Assembly: GCA_040954595.2 (NCBI GenBank)
Contig: CM082578.2
Span: 463,740 to 527,739, forward strand
From: Balanoglossus misakiensis
Taxonomy: Eukaryota; Animalia; Hemichordata
Reading direction: 5' to 3'
DNA length: 64,000 nt
Below are positions 12,601 to 27,905 of the stretch, piece by piece. Below the pieces are notes generated by a model that saw only the letters and a list, made by a program, of their open reading frames with translations, ran no database searches and was not told the DNA's origin. Made by a program: the position numbers and the translations under genes. The first letter of the stretch is position 1. Every line of letters begins with the position of its first letter.

Positions 12601-15600
12601 TTTTAGCCACAATTTGGTCAAAATGGTAAATTTTTGAAAATTACAAAAAATACCTGTTTTCTACATTTTCGGAAATCTGATGGAGTATAGAATCCTCTTC
12701 GTGTGTATATATCGATACAAATTCCACAAAAAACGGCCAATTTGGCTCACTGCAGACAAAATTGCGTTTTACCAAATTTTCCTTGAAAATGTCATTTTTA
12801 GAAAAAAAAATAAAAAAACCTTTGTTCTTCGAATTTGGTGCCCTGATCATATATGACATGTTGATTATATGTTAAAACTTTCGACCACTCCAAAAATGCA
12901 GAGATATTGACGGAATTCAAGAAAAAATTGCCATTTTGGCCATATTTTGACAAAAATGGTAAATTTTTAAAAAATAAAAAATTAATTCTTTTCTTCATTT
13001 TCGGAAATATTATGGAGCATGAAGTGTCGTTCTCATGTAAAAAGTGCTGCAAATTCCAGAAAAGGCGGTATAATTTGAATCACCCAAGACAAAATTACCA
13101 TTTTCGACTTTTTTTCGAAAAATTGTCTTTTTTACAAAATAAATAAGAATAAATTCTTTTCTTAGTTTCAAACGGGTAGAGATACTTTCCACACGGGTTT
13201 TCTAACATTGAATTCCCATTCATCAACTCAGATTTCCTACAGCATAAGTCGGCTAAAACCCTGACACTCTAGAGCAGAAACAGTTGCACACTGGTAACGT
13301 TGAACAAGTCGATTTTTCTACGGCCTGGCTCGGCTAAATCTCCGTCACAATATGACAGACACTAGCGTACGTTAGCAACGGTGATCAAGTCAGAATTTCT
13401 ACGTCATGGCTTGGATAAAGCCCCGGCACTCTAGAGCAGAAACACGCGTACAGAGACCACGTTGATCAAGTCTGATCTCCTACGGCTTGGCTCGACTAAA
13501 ACCCAGGCACACTATGACAGACACTAGCGTTCGTTAGCAACGTTGATCAAGTCAGATTTCCTACAGCATGGCTTGGCTAAAGCCCTGGCACTCTAGAGCA
13601 GAAACACGCGTACAGAGACCACGTTGATCTACTCACATTTCCTTCGGCCTGGCACGGCTGATGCCCCGGCGCTATATATAGGACACAGACTGGCGTAAGT
13701 TAACAACGGTAATCACGTCGGGTTTCCTACGGCCTGGCTCAGCTGAAGCCCCGGCACTCTAGAGCAGAAACAGGCGTACATTGACCACGTTGATCAAGTA
13801 AGATTTCCTTTGGCGTGACTCCGCTGGTGCACCGGCTCTATATGACACAGACTGGCATAAGTTATCAACGGTGATTACGTCGGATTTCCTACGGCCGGGT
13901 TTAGCTGAAGCCCCGGCACTTTAGAGCGGAAACACGCGTACATTGACCACGATGATCAAGTCAGATCTCCTACGGCCTGGCTCGACTAAAACCCCGGCAC
14001 ACCATGACAGACACTAGCGTTCGTTAGCAACGGTGATCAAGTCGGATTTCCTTCGGCCTGGCTCTGCAAAAGACCCGACACTCTAGTACAAAGACGTTGG
14101 CTAAGTCGGGCAAACCGAAGAGGGAAAGTCACAGCGGTTCAACACTTGACATTTGTTCGGGTAGGACTGCATTATTGCCTGTCAATTTATAGAGAAAGCC
14201 CGAATTTAACCAGGGCGTTTCAAACACCGACGTTAGTTGGGGGCACGGCCTGCAGTACTGCCGGGTAAGCTGACATCGGCGTACCGCATATAATGTAGGG
14301 GGGGGGACAGAACGGTTCAATACTACATTTATTAGATATCAGCTAATTTTGGACAATCATCTAAAATCTAAATCATTTTTTCATATTTGGATATCTGATG
14401 ATGTATGAAATTTCCATTATATGTAAAAATGGTGCTGATTATAAAAAATGAACTCTGAATGAGCTGATTTAATACAAAATTGCGTTTTATTCGTTTTTGC
14501 ACCAAAAAGGTCATTTTTAGTCAAAACATTCTTTATTTTTTTAATTCGGTGACCTGATCATATATAAACAATTGCTTGAATGTTAAAAGTTTTTATGACT
14601 TTTAAAAGCAGTGACACTGGCGGCATTCAACACGAAAATAAAAATTTTAGCCACAATTTGGTCAAAATGGTAAATTTTTGAAAATTACAAAAATACCTGT
14701 TTTCTACATTTTCGAAAATCTGATGGAGTATAGAATGCTCTTCGTATATATATATCGATACAAATTCCACAAAAACGGCCAATTTGGCTCACGGCAGACA
14801 GAATTGCGTTTTACCAAATTTTCCTTGAAAATGTCATTTTTAGAAGAAAAAAATAAAAAAACCTTTGTTCTTCGAATTTGGTGCCTTGATCATATATGAC
14901 ATGTTGATTATATGTTAAAACTGTCGACCACTCCAAAAATGCAGAGATATTGACGGAATTCAAGAAAAAATAGCCATTTTGGCCATATTTTGACAAAAAT
15001 GGTAAATTTTTAAAAAATCATAAAAAATTAACTCTTTTCTTCATTTACGGAAATATTATGGAGCATGAAGTGTCGTTCTCTTGTAAAAAGTGCTGCAAAT
15101 TTCAGAAAAGGCGGTATAATTTGAATCACCCAAGACAAAATTATCATTTTCGACTTTTTTTCGAAAAATTGTCTTTTTTACAAAATAAATAAGAATAAAT
15201 TCTTTTCTTAGTTTCAAACGGGTAGAGATACTTTCCACACGGGTTTTCTAACATTGAATTCCCGTTCATCAACTCAGATTTCCTACAGCATAAGTCGGCT
15301 AAAACCCTGACACTCTAGAGCAGAAACAGTTGCACACTGGTAACGTTGAACAAGTCGATTTTTCTACGGCCTGGCTCGGCTAAATCTCCGTCACAATATG
15401 ACAGACACTAGCGTACGTTAGCAACGGTGATCAAGTCAGATTTTCTACGGCATGGCTTGGATAAAGCCCCGGCAATCTAGAGCAGAAACACGCGTACAGA
15501 GACCACGTTGATCAAGTCTGATCTCCTACGGCTTGGCTCGACTAAAACCCCGGCACACTATGACAGACACTAACGTTCGTTAGCAACGTTGATCAAGTGA

Positions 15601-18600
15601 GATTTCCTACGGCATGGCTTGGCTAAAGCCCTGGCACTCTAGAGCAGAAACACGCGTACAGAGACCACATTGATCTACTCACATTTCCTTCGGCCTGGCA
15701 CGGCTGATGCCCCGGCACTATATATGGGACACAGACTGGCGTAAGTTAACAACGGTAATCACGTCGGGTTTCCTACGGCCTGGCTCAGCTGAAGCCCCGG
15801 CACTCTAGAGCAGAAACAGGCGTACATTGACCACGTTGATCAAGTAAGATTTCCTTTGGCGTGACTCCGCTGGTGCACCGGCTCTATATGACACAGACTG
15901 GCATAAGTTATCAACGGTGATTACGTCGGATTTCCTACGGCCGGGTTTAGCTGAAGCCCCGGCACTTTAGAGCGGAAACACGCGTACATTGACCACGATG
16001 ATCAAGTCAGATCTCCTACGGCCTGGCTCGACTAAAACCCCGGCACACCATGACAGACACTAGCGTTCGTTAGCAACGGTGATCAAGTCGGATTTCCTTC
16101 GGCCTGGCTCTGCAAAAGACCCGACACTCTAGTACAAAGACGTTGGCTAAGTCGGGCAAACCGAAGAGGGAAAGTCACAGCGGTTCAACACTTGACATTT
16201 GTTCGGGTAGGACTGCATTATTGCCTGTCAATTTATAGAGAAAGCCCGAATTTAACCAGGGCGTTTCAAACACCGACGTTAGTTGGGGGCACGGCCTGCA
16301 GTACTGCCGGGTAAGCTGACATCGGCGTACCGCATATAATGTAGGGGGGGGGGGACAGAACGGTTCAATACTACATTTATTAGATATCAGCTAATTTTGG
16401 ACAATCATCTAAAATCTAAATCATTTTTTCATATTTGGATATCTGATGATGTATGAAATTTCCATTATATGTAAAAATGGTGCTGATTATAAAAAATGAA
16501 CTCTGAATGAGCTGATTTAATACAAAATTGCGTTTTATTCGTTTTTGCACCAAAAAGGTCATTTTTAGTCAAAACATTCTTTATTTTTTTAATTCGGTGA
16601 CCTGATCATATATAAACAATTGCTTGAATGTTAAAAGTTTTTATGACTTTTAAAAGCAGTGACACTGGCGGCATTCAACACGAAAATAAAAATTTTAGCC
16701 ACAATTTGGTCAAAATGGTAAATTTTTGAAAATTACAAAAATACCTGTTTTCTACATTTTCGAAAATCTGATGGAGTATAGAATGCTCTTCGTATATATA
16801 TATCGATACAAATTCCACAAAAACGGCCAATTTGGCTCACGGCAGACAGAATTGCGTTTTACCAAATTTTCCTTGAAAATGTCATTTTTAGAAGAAAAAA
16901 ATAAAAAAACCTTTGTTCTTCGAATTTGGTGCCTTGATCATATATGACATGTTGATTATATGTTAAAACTGTCGACCACTCCAAAAATGCAGAGATATTG
17001 ACGGAATTCAAGAAAAAATAGCCATTTTGGCCATATTTTGACAAAAATGGTAAATTTTTAAAAAATCATAAAAAATTAACTCTTTTCTTCATTTACGGAA
17101 ATATTATGGAGCATGAAGTGTCGTTCTCTTGTAAAAAGTGCTGCAAATTTCAGAAAAGGCGGTATAATTTGAATCACCCAAGACAAAATTATCATTTTCG
17201 ACTTTTTTTCGAAAAATTGTCTTTTTTACAAAATAAATAAGAATAAATTCTTTTCTTAGTTTCAAACGGGTAGAGATACTTTCCACACGGGTTTTCTAAC
17301 ATTGAATTCCCGTTCATCAACTCAGATTTCCTACAGCATAAGTCGGCTAAAACCCTGACACTCTAGAGCAGAAACAGTTGCACACTGGTAACGTTGAACA
17401 AGTCGATTTTTCTACGGCCTGGCTCGGCTAAATCTCCGTCACAATATGACAGACACTAGCGTACGTTAGCAACGGTGATCAAGTCAGATTTTCTACGGCA
17501 TGGCTTGGATAAAGCCCCGGCAATCTAGAGCAGAAACACGCGTACAGAGACCACGTTGATCAAGTCTGATCTCCTACGGCTTGGCTCGACTAAAACCCCG
17601 GCACACTATGACAGACACTAACGTTCGTTAGCAACGTTGATCAAGTGAGATTTCCTACGGCATGGCTTGGCTAAAGCCCTGGCACTCTAGAGCAGAAACA
17701 CGCGTACAGAGACCACATTGATCTACTCACATTTCCTTCGGCCTGGCACGGCTGATGCCCCGGCACTATATATGGGACACAGACTGGCGTAAGTTAACAA
17801 CGGTAATCACGTCGGGTTTCCTACGGCCTGGATCAGCTGAAGCCCCGGCACTCTAGAGCAGAAACAGGCGTACATTGACCACGTTGATCAAGTCAGATTT
17901 CCTATGGCGTGACTCGGCTGGTGCACCGGCTCTATATGACACACACTGGCGTAAGTTATCAACGGTGATTACGTCGGATTTCCTACGGCTTGGTTAAGCT
18001 GAAGCCCCGGCACTTTAGAGCGGAAACATGCGTACATTGACCACGATGATCAAGTCAGGTCTCCTACGGCCTGGCTCGACTAAAACCCCGGCACACCATG
18101 ACAGACACTAGCGTTCGTTAGCAACGGTGATCAAGTCGGATTTCCTTCGGCCTGGCTCTGCAAAAGACCCGACACTCTAGTACAAAGACGTTGGCTAAGT
18201 CGGGCAAACCGAAGAGGGAAAGTCACAGCGGGTCAACACTCGACATTTGTTCGGGTAGGACTGCATTATTGCCTGTCAATTTATAGAGAAAGCCCGAATT
18301 TAACCAGGGTGTTTCAAACACCGACGTTAGTTGGGGGCACGGCCTGCAGTACTGCCGGGTAAGCTGACATCGGCGTACCGAATATAATGTAGGAGGGGGG
18401 AACAGAACGGTTCAATACTACATTTATTAGATATCAGCTAATTTTGGACAATCATCTAAAATCTAAATCATTTTTTCATATTTGGATATCTCATGATGTA
18501 TGAAATTTCCATTATATGTAAAAATGGTGCTGATTATAAAAAATGCACTCTGAATGAGCTGATTTAATAAGAAATTGCGTTTTATTCGTTTTTGCACCAA

Positions 18601-21600
18601 AAAGGTCATTTTTAGGCAAAAAATTCTTTATTTTTTTTAATTCGGTAACCTGATTATATATAAACAATTGCTTGTATGTTAAAAGTTTTCATGACTTTTA
18701 AAAGCAGTGACACTGGCGGCATTCAAAACGAAAATAACAATTTTAGCCACAATTTGGTCAAAATGGTAAATTTTTGAAAATTACAAAAAATACCTGTTTT
18801 CTACATTTTCGGAAATCTGATGGAGTATAGAATGCTCTTCGTATGTATATATCGATACAAATTCCACAAAAGACCGTCTAATTTGGCTCACTGCAGACAA
18901 AATTGCGTTTTACCAAATTTTCCTTGAAAATGTCATTTTTAGAAAAAAAAACATAAAAAAACCTTTGTTCATCGAATTTGGTGCCCTGATCATATATGAA
19001 ATGTTGATTGTATGTTAAAACTTTCGACCACTCCAAAAATGCAGAGATATTGACGGAATTCAAGAAAAAATAGCCATTTTGGCCATATTTTGACAAAATG
19101 GTACATTTTTAAAAAATCATAAAAAATAAACTCTTTTCTTCATTTTCGGAAATATTATGGAGCATGAAGTGTCGTTCTCTTGTAAAAAGTTCTGCAAATT
19201 CCAGAAAAGGCGGTATAACTTGAATCACCCAAGACAAAATTACCATTTTCGACTTTTTTTCGAAAAATTGTCTTTTTTACAAAATAAATAAGAATAAATT
19301 CTTTTCTTAGTTTCAAACGGGTAAAGATACTTTCCACACGGGTTTTCTAACATTGAATTCCCGTTCATCAACTCAGATTTCCTACAGCATAAGTCGGCTA
19401 AAACCCTGACACACTAGAGCAGAAACAGTTGCACACTGGTAACGTTGAACAAGTCGATTTTTCTACGGCCTGGCTCGGCTAAATCTCCGTCACAATATGA
19501 CAGACACTAGCGTACGTTAGCAACGGTGATCAAGTCAGATTTTCTACGGCATGGCTTGGATAAAGCCCCGGCACTCTAGAGCAGAAACACGCGAACAGAG
19601 ACCACGTTGATCAAGTCTGATCTCCTACGGCTTGGCTCGACTAAAACCCCGGCACACTATGACAGACACTAGCGTTCGTTAGCAACGTTGATCAAGTGAG
19701 ATTTCCTACGGCATGGCTTGGCTAAAGCCCTGGCACTCTAGAGCAGAAACACGCGTAGAGAGACCACGTTGATCTACTCACATTTTCTTCGGCCTGGCAC
19801 GGCTGATTCCCCGGCACTATATATAGGACACAGACTGGCGTAAGTTAACAACGGTAATCACGTCGGGTTTCCTACGGCCTGGCTCAGCTGAAGCCCGGCA
19901 CTCTAGAGCAGAAACAGGCGTACATTGACCACGTTGATCAAGTCAGATTTCCTACGGCGTGACTCCGCTGGTGCACCGGCTCTATATGACACAGACTGGC
20001 GTAAGTTATCAACGGTGATTACGTCGGATTTCCTACGGCCTGGGTTAGCTGAAGCCCCGGCACTTTCGAGCGGAAACACGCGTACATTGACCACGATGAT
20101 CAAGTCAGCTCTCCTACGGCCTGGCTCGACTAAAACCCCGGCACACCATGACAGACACTAGCGTTCGTTAGCAACGGTGATCAAGTCGGATTTCCTTCGG
20201 CCTGGCTCTGCAAAAGAGCCGACACTCTAGTACAAAGACGTTGGCTAAGTCGGGCGAACCGAAGAGGGAAAGTCACAGCGGGTCAACACTCGACATTTGT
20301 TCGGGTAGGACTGCATTATTGCCTGTTAATTTATAGAGAAAGCCCGAATTTAACCAGGGTGTTTCAAACACCGACGTTAGTTGGGGGCACGGCCTGCAGT
20401 ACTGCCGGGTAAGCTGACATCGGCGTACCGAATATAATGTAGGAGGGGGGAACAGAACGGTTCAATACTACATTTATTAGATATCAGCTAATTTTGGACA
20501 ATCATCTAAAATCTAAATCATTTTTTCATATTTGGATATCTGATGATGTATGAAATTTCCATTATATGTAAAAATGGTGCTGATTATAAAAAATGCACTC
20601 TGAATGAGCTGATTTAATAAGAAATTGCGTTTTATTCGTTTTTGCACCAAAAAGGTCATTTTTAGGCAAAACATTCTTTATTTTTTTTAATTCGGTAACC
20701 TGTTTATATATAAACAATTGCTTGTATGTTAAAAGTTTTCATGACTTTCAAAAGCAGTGACACTGGCGGCATTCAACACGAAAATAACAATTTTAGCCAC
20801 AATTTGGTCAAAATGGTAAATTTTTGAAAATTACAAAAAATACCTGTTTTCTACATTTTCGGAAATCTGATGGAGTATAGAATGCTCTTCGTATGTATAT
20901 ATCGATACAAATTCCACAAAAGACCGTCTAATTTGGCTCACTGCAGACAAAATTGCGTTTTACCAAATTTTCCTTGAAAATGTCATTTTTAGAAAAGCAA
21001 ATAAAAAAACCTTTGTTCTTCGAATTTGGTGCCCTGATCATATATGACATGTTGATTGTATGTTAAAATTTTCGACCACTCCAAAAATGCAGAGATATTG
21101 ACGGAATTCAAGAAAAAATAGCCATTTTGGCCATATTTTGACAAAAATGGTAAATTTTTAAAAAATCATAAAAAATTAACTCTTTTCTTCATTTTCGGAA
21201 ATATTATGGAGCATGAAGTGTCGTTCTCTTGTAAAAAGTGCTGCAAATTTCAGAAAAGGCGGTATAATTTGAATCACCCAAGACAAAATTACCATTTTCG
21301 ACTTTTTTTCGAAAAATTGTCTTTTTTACAAAATAAATAAGAATAAATTCTTTTCTTAGTTTCAAACGGGTAGAGATACTTTCCACACGGGTTTTCTAAC
21401 ATTGAATTCCCGTTCATCAACTCAGATTTCCTACAGCATAAGTCGGCTAAAACCCTGACACTCTAGAGCAGAAACAGTTGCACACTGGTAACGTTGAACA
21501 AGTCGATTTTTCTACGGCCTGGCTCGGCTAAATCTCCGTCACAATATGACAGACACTAGCGTACGTTAGCAACGGTGATCAAGTCAGATTTTCTACGGCA

Positions 21601-24600
21601 TGGCTTGGATAAAACCCCGGCAATCTAGAGCAGAAACACGCGTACAGAGACCACGTTGATCAAGTCTGATCTCCTACGGCTTGGCTCGACTAAAACCCCG
21701 GCACACTATGACAGACACTAGCGTTCATTAGCAACGTTGATCAAGTCAGATTTCCTACGGCATGGCTTGGCTAAAGCCCTGGCACTCTAGAGCAGAAACA
21801 CGCGTACAGAGACCACGTTGATCTACTCACATTTCCTTCGGCCTGGCACGGCTGATGCCCCGGCACTATATATAGGACACAGACTAGCGTAAGTTAACAA
21901 CGGTAATCACGTCGGGTTTCCTACGGCCTGGCTCAGCTGAAGCCCCGGCACTATAGAGCAGAAACAGGCGTACATTGACCACGTTGATCAAGTCAGATTT
22001 CCTACGGCGTGACTCGGCTGGTGCACCGGCTCTATATGACACAGACTGGCGTAAGTTATCAACGGTGATTACGTCGGATTTCCTACGGCCTGGTTTAGCT
22101 GAAGCCCCGGCTCTTTAGAGCGGAAACACGCGTACATTGACCACGATGATCAAGTCAGATCTCCTACGGCCTGGCTCGACTAAAACCCCGGCACACCATC
22201 ACAGACACTAGCGTTCGTTAGCAACGGTGATCAAGTCGGATTTCCTTCGGCCTGGCTCTGCAAAAGACCCGACACTCTAGTACAAAGACGTTGGCTAAGT
22301 CGGGCAAACCGAAGAGGGAAAGTCACAGCGGGTCAACACTCGACATTTGTTCGGGTAGGACTGCATTATTGCCTATCAATTTATAGAGAAAGCCCGAATT
22401 TAACCAGGTCGTTTCAAACACCGACGTTAGTTGGGGGCACGGCCTGCAGTACTGTCGGGTAAGCTGACATCGGCGTACCGCATATAATGTAGGGGGGGGG
22501 GGGACAGAACGGTTCAATACTACATTTATTAGATATCAGCTAATTTTGGACAATCATCTAAAATCTAAATCATGTTTTCATATTTGGATATCTGATGATG
22601 TATGAAATTTCCATTTTATGTAAAAATGGTGCTGATAATAAAAAATGCACTCTGAATGATCTGATTTAATACAAAATTGCGTTTTATTCGTTTTTGCACC
22701 AAAAAGGTCATTTTTAGGCAAAATATTCTTTATTTTTTTAATTCGGTGACCTGATCATATACATGTATAAACAATTGCTTGTATGTTAAACGTTTTTATG
22801 ATTTATAAAAGCAGTGACACTGGCGGCATTCAACACGAAAATAACAATTTTAGCCACAATTTGGTCAAAATGGTAATTTTTTGAAAATTACAAAAAATAC
22901 CTGTTTTCTACATATTCGGAAATCTGATGGAGTATAGAATGCTCTTCGTATGTATATATCGATACAAATTCCACAAAAGACCGTCTAATTTGGCTCACTG
23001 CAGACACAATTGCGTTTTACCAAATTTTCCTTGAAAATGTCATTTTTAGAAAAAAAAAATAAAAAAAAACTTTGTTCTTCGAATTTGGTGCCCTGATCAT
23101 ATATGACATGTTGATTGTATGTTAAAACTTTCGACCACTCCAAAAATGCAGAGATATTGACGGAATTCAAGAAAAAATAGCCATTTTGGCCATATTTTGA
23201 CAAAAAATGGTAAATTTTAAAAAAAATCATAAAAAATTAACTCTTTTCTTCATTTTCTGAAATATTACGGAGCATGAAGTGTCGTTCTCTTGTAAAAAGT
23301 GCTGCAAATTCCAGAAAGGCGGTATAATTGAATCACCCAAGACAAAATTACCATTTTCGACTTTTTTTCGAAAAAAAATGTCTTTTTTACAAAATAAATA
23401 AGAATAAATTCTTTTATTAGTTTCAAACGGGTAGAGATACTTTCCACACGGGTTTTCTAACATTGAATTCCCGTTCATCAACTCAGATTTCCTACAGCAT
23501 AAGTCGGCTAAAACTCTGACACTCTAGAGCAGAAACAGTTGCACACTGGTAACTTTGAACAAGTCGATTTTTCTACGGCCTGGCTCGGCTAAATCTCCGT
23601 CACAATATGACAGACACTAGCGTACGTTAGCAGCGGTGATCAAGTCAGATTTTCTACGGCATGGCTTGGATAAAGCCCCGGCACTCTAGAGCAGAAACAC
23701 GCGTACAGTGACCACGTTGATCAAGTCTGATCTCCTACGGCTTGGCTCGACTAAAACCCCGGCACACTATGACAGACACTAGCGTTCGTTAGCAACGTTG
23801 ATCGAGTCAGATTTCCTACGGCGTGACTCGGCTAAAGCTCTGGCACTCTAGAGCAGAAACACGCGTACAGAGTATACGTTGTTCTACTCACATTTCCTTC
23901 GGCCTGGCACGGCTGATGCCACGGCACTATATATAGGACACAGACTGGCGTAAGTTAACACGGTAATCACGTCGGGTTTCCTACGGCCTGGCTCAGCTGA
24001 AGCCCCGGCACTCTAGAGCAGAAACAGGCGCACATTGACCACGTTGATCAAGTCAGATTTCCTACGGCGTGACTCGGCTGGTGCACCGGCTCTATATATA
24101 GGACACAGACTGGCGTAAGTTAACACGGTAATCACGTCGGGTTTCCTACGGCCTGGCTCAGCTGAAGCCCCGGCACTCTCGAGCAGAAACAGGCGTACAT
24201 TGACCACTTTGATCAAGTCAGATTTCCTACGGCGTGACTCGGCTGGTGCACTGGCTCTATATGACACAGACTGGCGTAAGTTATCAACGGTGATTACGTC
24301 GGATTTCCTACGGCCTGGTTTAGCTGAAGCCCCGGCACTTTAGAGCGGAAACACGCGTACATTGACCACGATGATCAAGTCAGATCTCCTACGGCCTGGC
24401 TCGACTAAAACCCCGGCACACCATGACAGACACTAGCGTTCGTTAGCAACGGTGATCAAGTCGGATTTCCTTCGGCCTGGCTCTGCAAAAGACCCGACAC
24501 TCTAGTACAAAGACGTTGGCTAAGTCTGGCAAACCGAAGAGGGAAAGTCACAGCGGGTCAACACTCGACATTTGTTCGGGTAGGACTGCATTATTGCCTG

Positions 24601-27600
24601 TAAATTTATAGAGAGAGCCCGAATTTAACCAGGCCGTTTCAAACACCGACGTTAGTTGGGGGCACGGCCTGCCATACTGCCGGGTAAGCTGACATCCGCG
24701 TACCGCATATAATGTAGGGGGGGGGGGGGGGCGGAAACAGAACGGTTCAATACTACATTTATTAGATATCAGCTAATTTTGGACAATCATCTAAAATCTA
24801 AATCATTTTTTCATATTTGGATATCTGATGATGTATGAAATTTCCATTATATGTAAAAATGGTGCTGATTATATAAAATGCACTCTGAATGAGCTGATTT
24901 AATACAAAATTGCGTTTTATTCGTTTTTGCACCAAAAAGGTCATTTTCAGACAAAACATTCTTTATTTTTTTAATTCGGTGACCTGATCATATATAAACA
25001 ATTGCTTGTATGTTAAAAGTTTTTATGACTTTTAAAAGCAGTGACACTGGCGGCATTTAACACGAAAATAACAATTTTAGCCACGATTTGGTCAAAATGG
25101 TAAATATTTGAAATTTACAAAAAATACCTGTTTTCTACATTTTCGGAAATCTGATGAAGTATAGAATGCTCTCCGTATGTATACATCGATACAAATTCCA
25201 CAAAAGACAGTCTAATTTGGCTCACTGCAGACAATATTGCGTTTTACCAAATTTTCCTTGAAAATGTCATTTTTAGAAAAAAAAAACCAAAAAAAAACTT
25301 TGTTCTTCGAATTTGGTGCCCTGATCATATATGACATGTTGATTGTATGTTAAAACTGTCGACCACTCCAAAAATGCAGAGATATTGACGGAATTCAAGA
25401 AAAAATAGCCATTTTGGCCATATTTTGACAAAAATGGTAAATTTTTAAAAAATGATAAAAAATAAACTCTTTTCTTCATTTTCGGAAATATTATGGAGCA
25501 TGAAGTGTCGTTCTCTTGTAAAAAGTGCTGCAAATTCCAGAAAAGGCGGTATAATTTGAATCACCCAAGACAAAATTACCATTTTCGACTTTTTTTCGAA
25601 AAAATGTATTTTTTACAAAATAAATAAGAATAAATTCTTTTCTTAGTTTCAAACGGGTAGAGATACTTTCCACACGGGTTTTCTAACATTGAATTCCCGT
25701 TCATCAACTCAGATTTCCTACAGTATAAGTCGGCTAAAACCCTGACACTCTAGAGCAGAAACAGTTGCACACTGGTAACGTTGAACAAGTCGATTTTTCT
25801 ACGGCATGGCTCGGCTATATCTCCGTCACAATATGACAGACACTAGCGTACGTTAGCAACGGTGATCAAGTCAGATTTTCTACGGCATGGCTTGGATAAA
25901 GCCCCGGCACTCTAGAGCAGAAACACGCGTACAGAGACCACGTTGATCAAGTCTGATCTCCTACGGCTTGGCTCGACTAAAACCCCGGCACACTATGACA
26001 GACACTAGCGTTCGTTAGCAACGTTGATCAAGTCAGATTTCCTACAACATGGCTTGGCTAAAGCCCTGGCACTCTAGACCAGAAACACGCGTACAGAGAC
26101 CATGTTGATCAACTAACATTTCCTTCGGCCTGGCACGGCTGATGCCCCGGCACTATATATAGTACACAGACTGGCGTAAGTTAACAACGGTAATCACGTC
26201 GGGTTTCCTATGGCCTGGCTTAGCTGAAGCCCCGCCACTCTAGACCAGAAACAGGCGTACATTGACCACGTTGATCAAGTCAGATTTCCTACGGCCTGGC
26301 TTAGCTGAAGCCCCGGCACTTTAGAGCGGAAACACGCGTACATTGGCCACGATGATCAAGTCTGATCTCCTACGGCCTGGCTCGACTAAAACCCCGGCAC
26401 ACCATAACAGACACTGGCGTTCGTTAGCAACGGTGATCAAGTCGGATTTCCTTCAGCCTGGCTCAGCTGAAGCCCCGACACTCTAGCACAAAGACGTTGG
26501 CTAAGTCGGACAAACCGAAGAGGGAAAGTCACAGAGGAGTGTTCGGGTACGACTGCATTATTGCCTGTCAATTTATAGAGAAAGCCCGAATTTAACCAGG
26601 GCGTTTTAAACACCGACGTCAGTTGGGGGCACGGCCTGCAGTACTGCCGGGTAAGCTGACATCTGCGTACCGCATATAATGTAGGGGGGGTGGGGGGGGG
26701 GCAAACAGAATGGTTCAATACTACATTTATTAGATATCAGATAATTTTGGACAATCATCTAAAATCTAAATAATTTTTTCATATTTGGATATCTGATGAT
26801 GTATGACATGTCCATAATATGTAAAAATGGTGCTGATTATAAAAAATGCACTCTGAATGAGCTGATTTAATACAAAATTGCGTTTTATTCATTTTTGCAC
26901 TAAAAAGGTTATTTTTAGGCAAAACTTCATTATTTTTTTAATTCGGTGACCTGATCATATATAAACAATTGCTTGTATGTTAAACGTTTTATGACTCTTA
27001 AAAGCAGTGACACTGGCGGCATTCAAGACAAAAATAACCATTTTAGCTACATTTTGGTCAAAAATGGTAAATTTTTGAAAATTACGAAAAATAACTGTTT
27101 TCTACATTTTCGGTAATCTGATGGAGTATAGAATGCCCTTCGTATGTATATATCGATACAAATTCCACAAAAGACAGTCTAATTTGGCTCACTGCAGACA
27201 AAATTGCATGTTATCAAATTTTCCTTGAAAATGTCATTTATAGAAAAAAAAATAAAAAAAGCTTTTACTGTTCTTCGAATTTGGTGCCCTGATTATATAT
27301 GACATGTTGATTGTATGTTAAAACTTTCGACCACTCCAAAAATGCAGAGATATTGACGGAATTCAAGAAAAAAAGGTCATTTTGGCCATATTTTGACAAA
27401 AATGGTAAATTTTTAAAAAATCATAAAAAATTAACTCTTTTCTTCATTTTCGGAAATATTATGGAGCATGAAGTGTCGTTCTCTTGTAAAAAGTGTTGCA
27501 AATTCCAGAAAAGGCGGTATAATTTGAATCACCCAAGACAAAATTACCATTTTCGACTTTTTTTCGAAAAATTGTCTTTTTTACAAAATAAATAAGAATA

Positions 27601-27905
27601 CATTCTTTTCTTAGTTTCAAACGAGTAGAGATACTTTCCACACGGGTTTTCTAACATTGAATTTCCCGTTCATCAACTCAGATTTCCTACAGCATAAGTC
27701 GGCTAAAACCCTGACACTCTAGAGCGGAAACAGTTGCACACTGGTAACGTTGAACAAGTCGATTTTTCTCAACCTGGCTCGGCTAACTCTCCGTCACAAT
27801 ATGACAGACACTAGCGTACGTTAGCAACGGTGATCAAGTCAGATTTTCTACGGCTTGGCTCGACCAAAACCCCGGCACACTATGACAGACACTAGCGTTC
27901 GTTAG
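9651..27905. repeat. ~2.05-kb higher-order tandem macrosatellite, ~9 units
   Basis: Marker CATCAACTCAGATTTCCTACAG recurs near 11216, 13221, 15267, 17315, 19366, 21415, 23476, 25702 and 27671. Each unit is ~11 x 81-bp CpG-rich subrepeats, a ~230-bp unique segment ending in poly-G, and ~3 x 330-bp AT-rich subrepeats. Confidence 0.96.

Noticed and set aside
10734-27641. Recurrent 60-110-aa ORFs in the macrosatellite
   Set aside because: Low-complexity F/K/N translations whose frames vary between units with homopolymer length.
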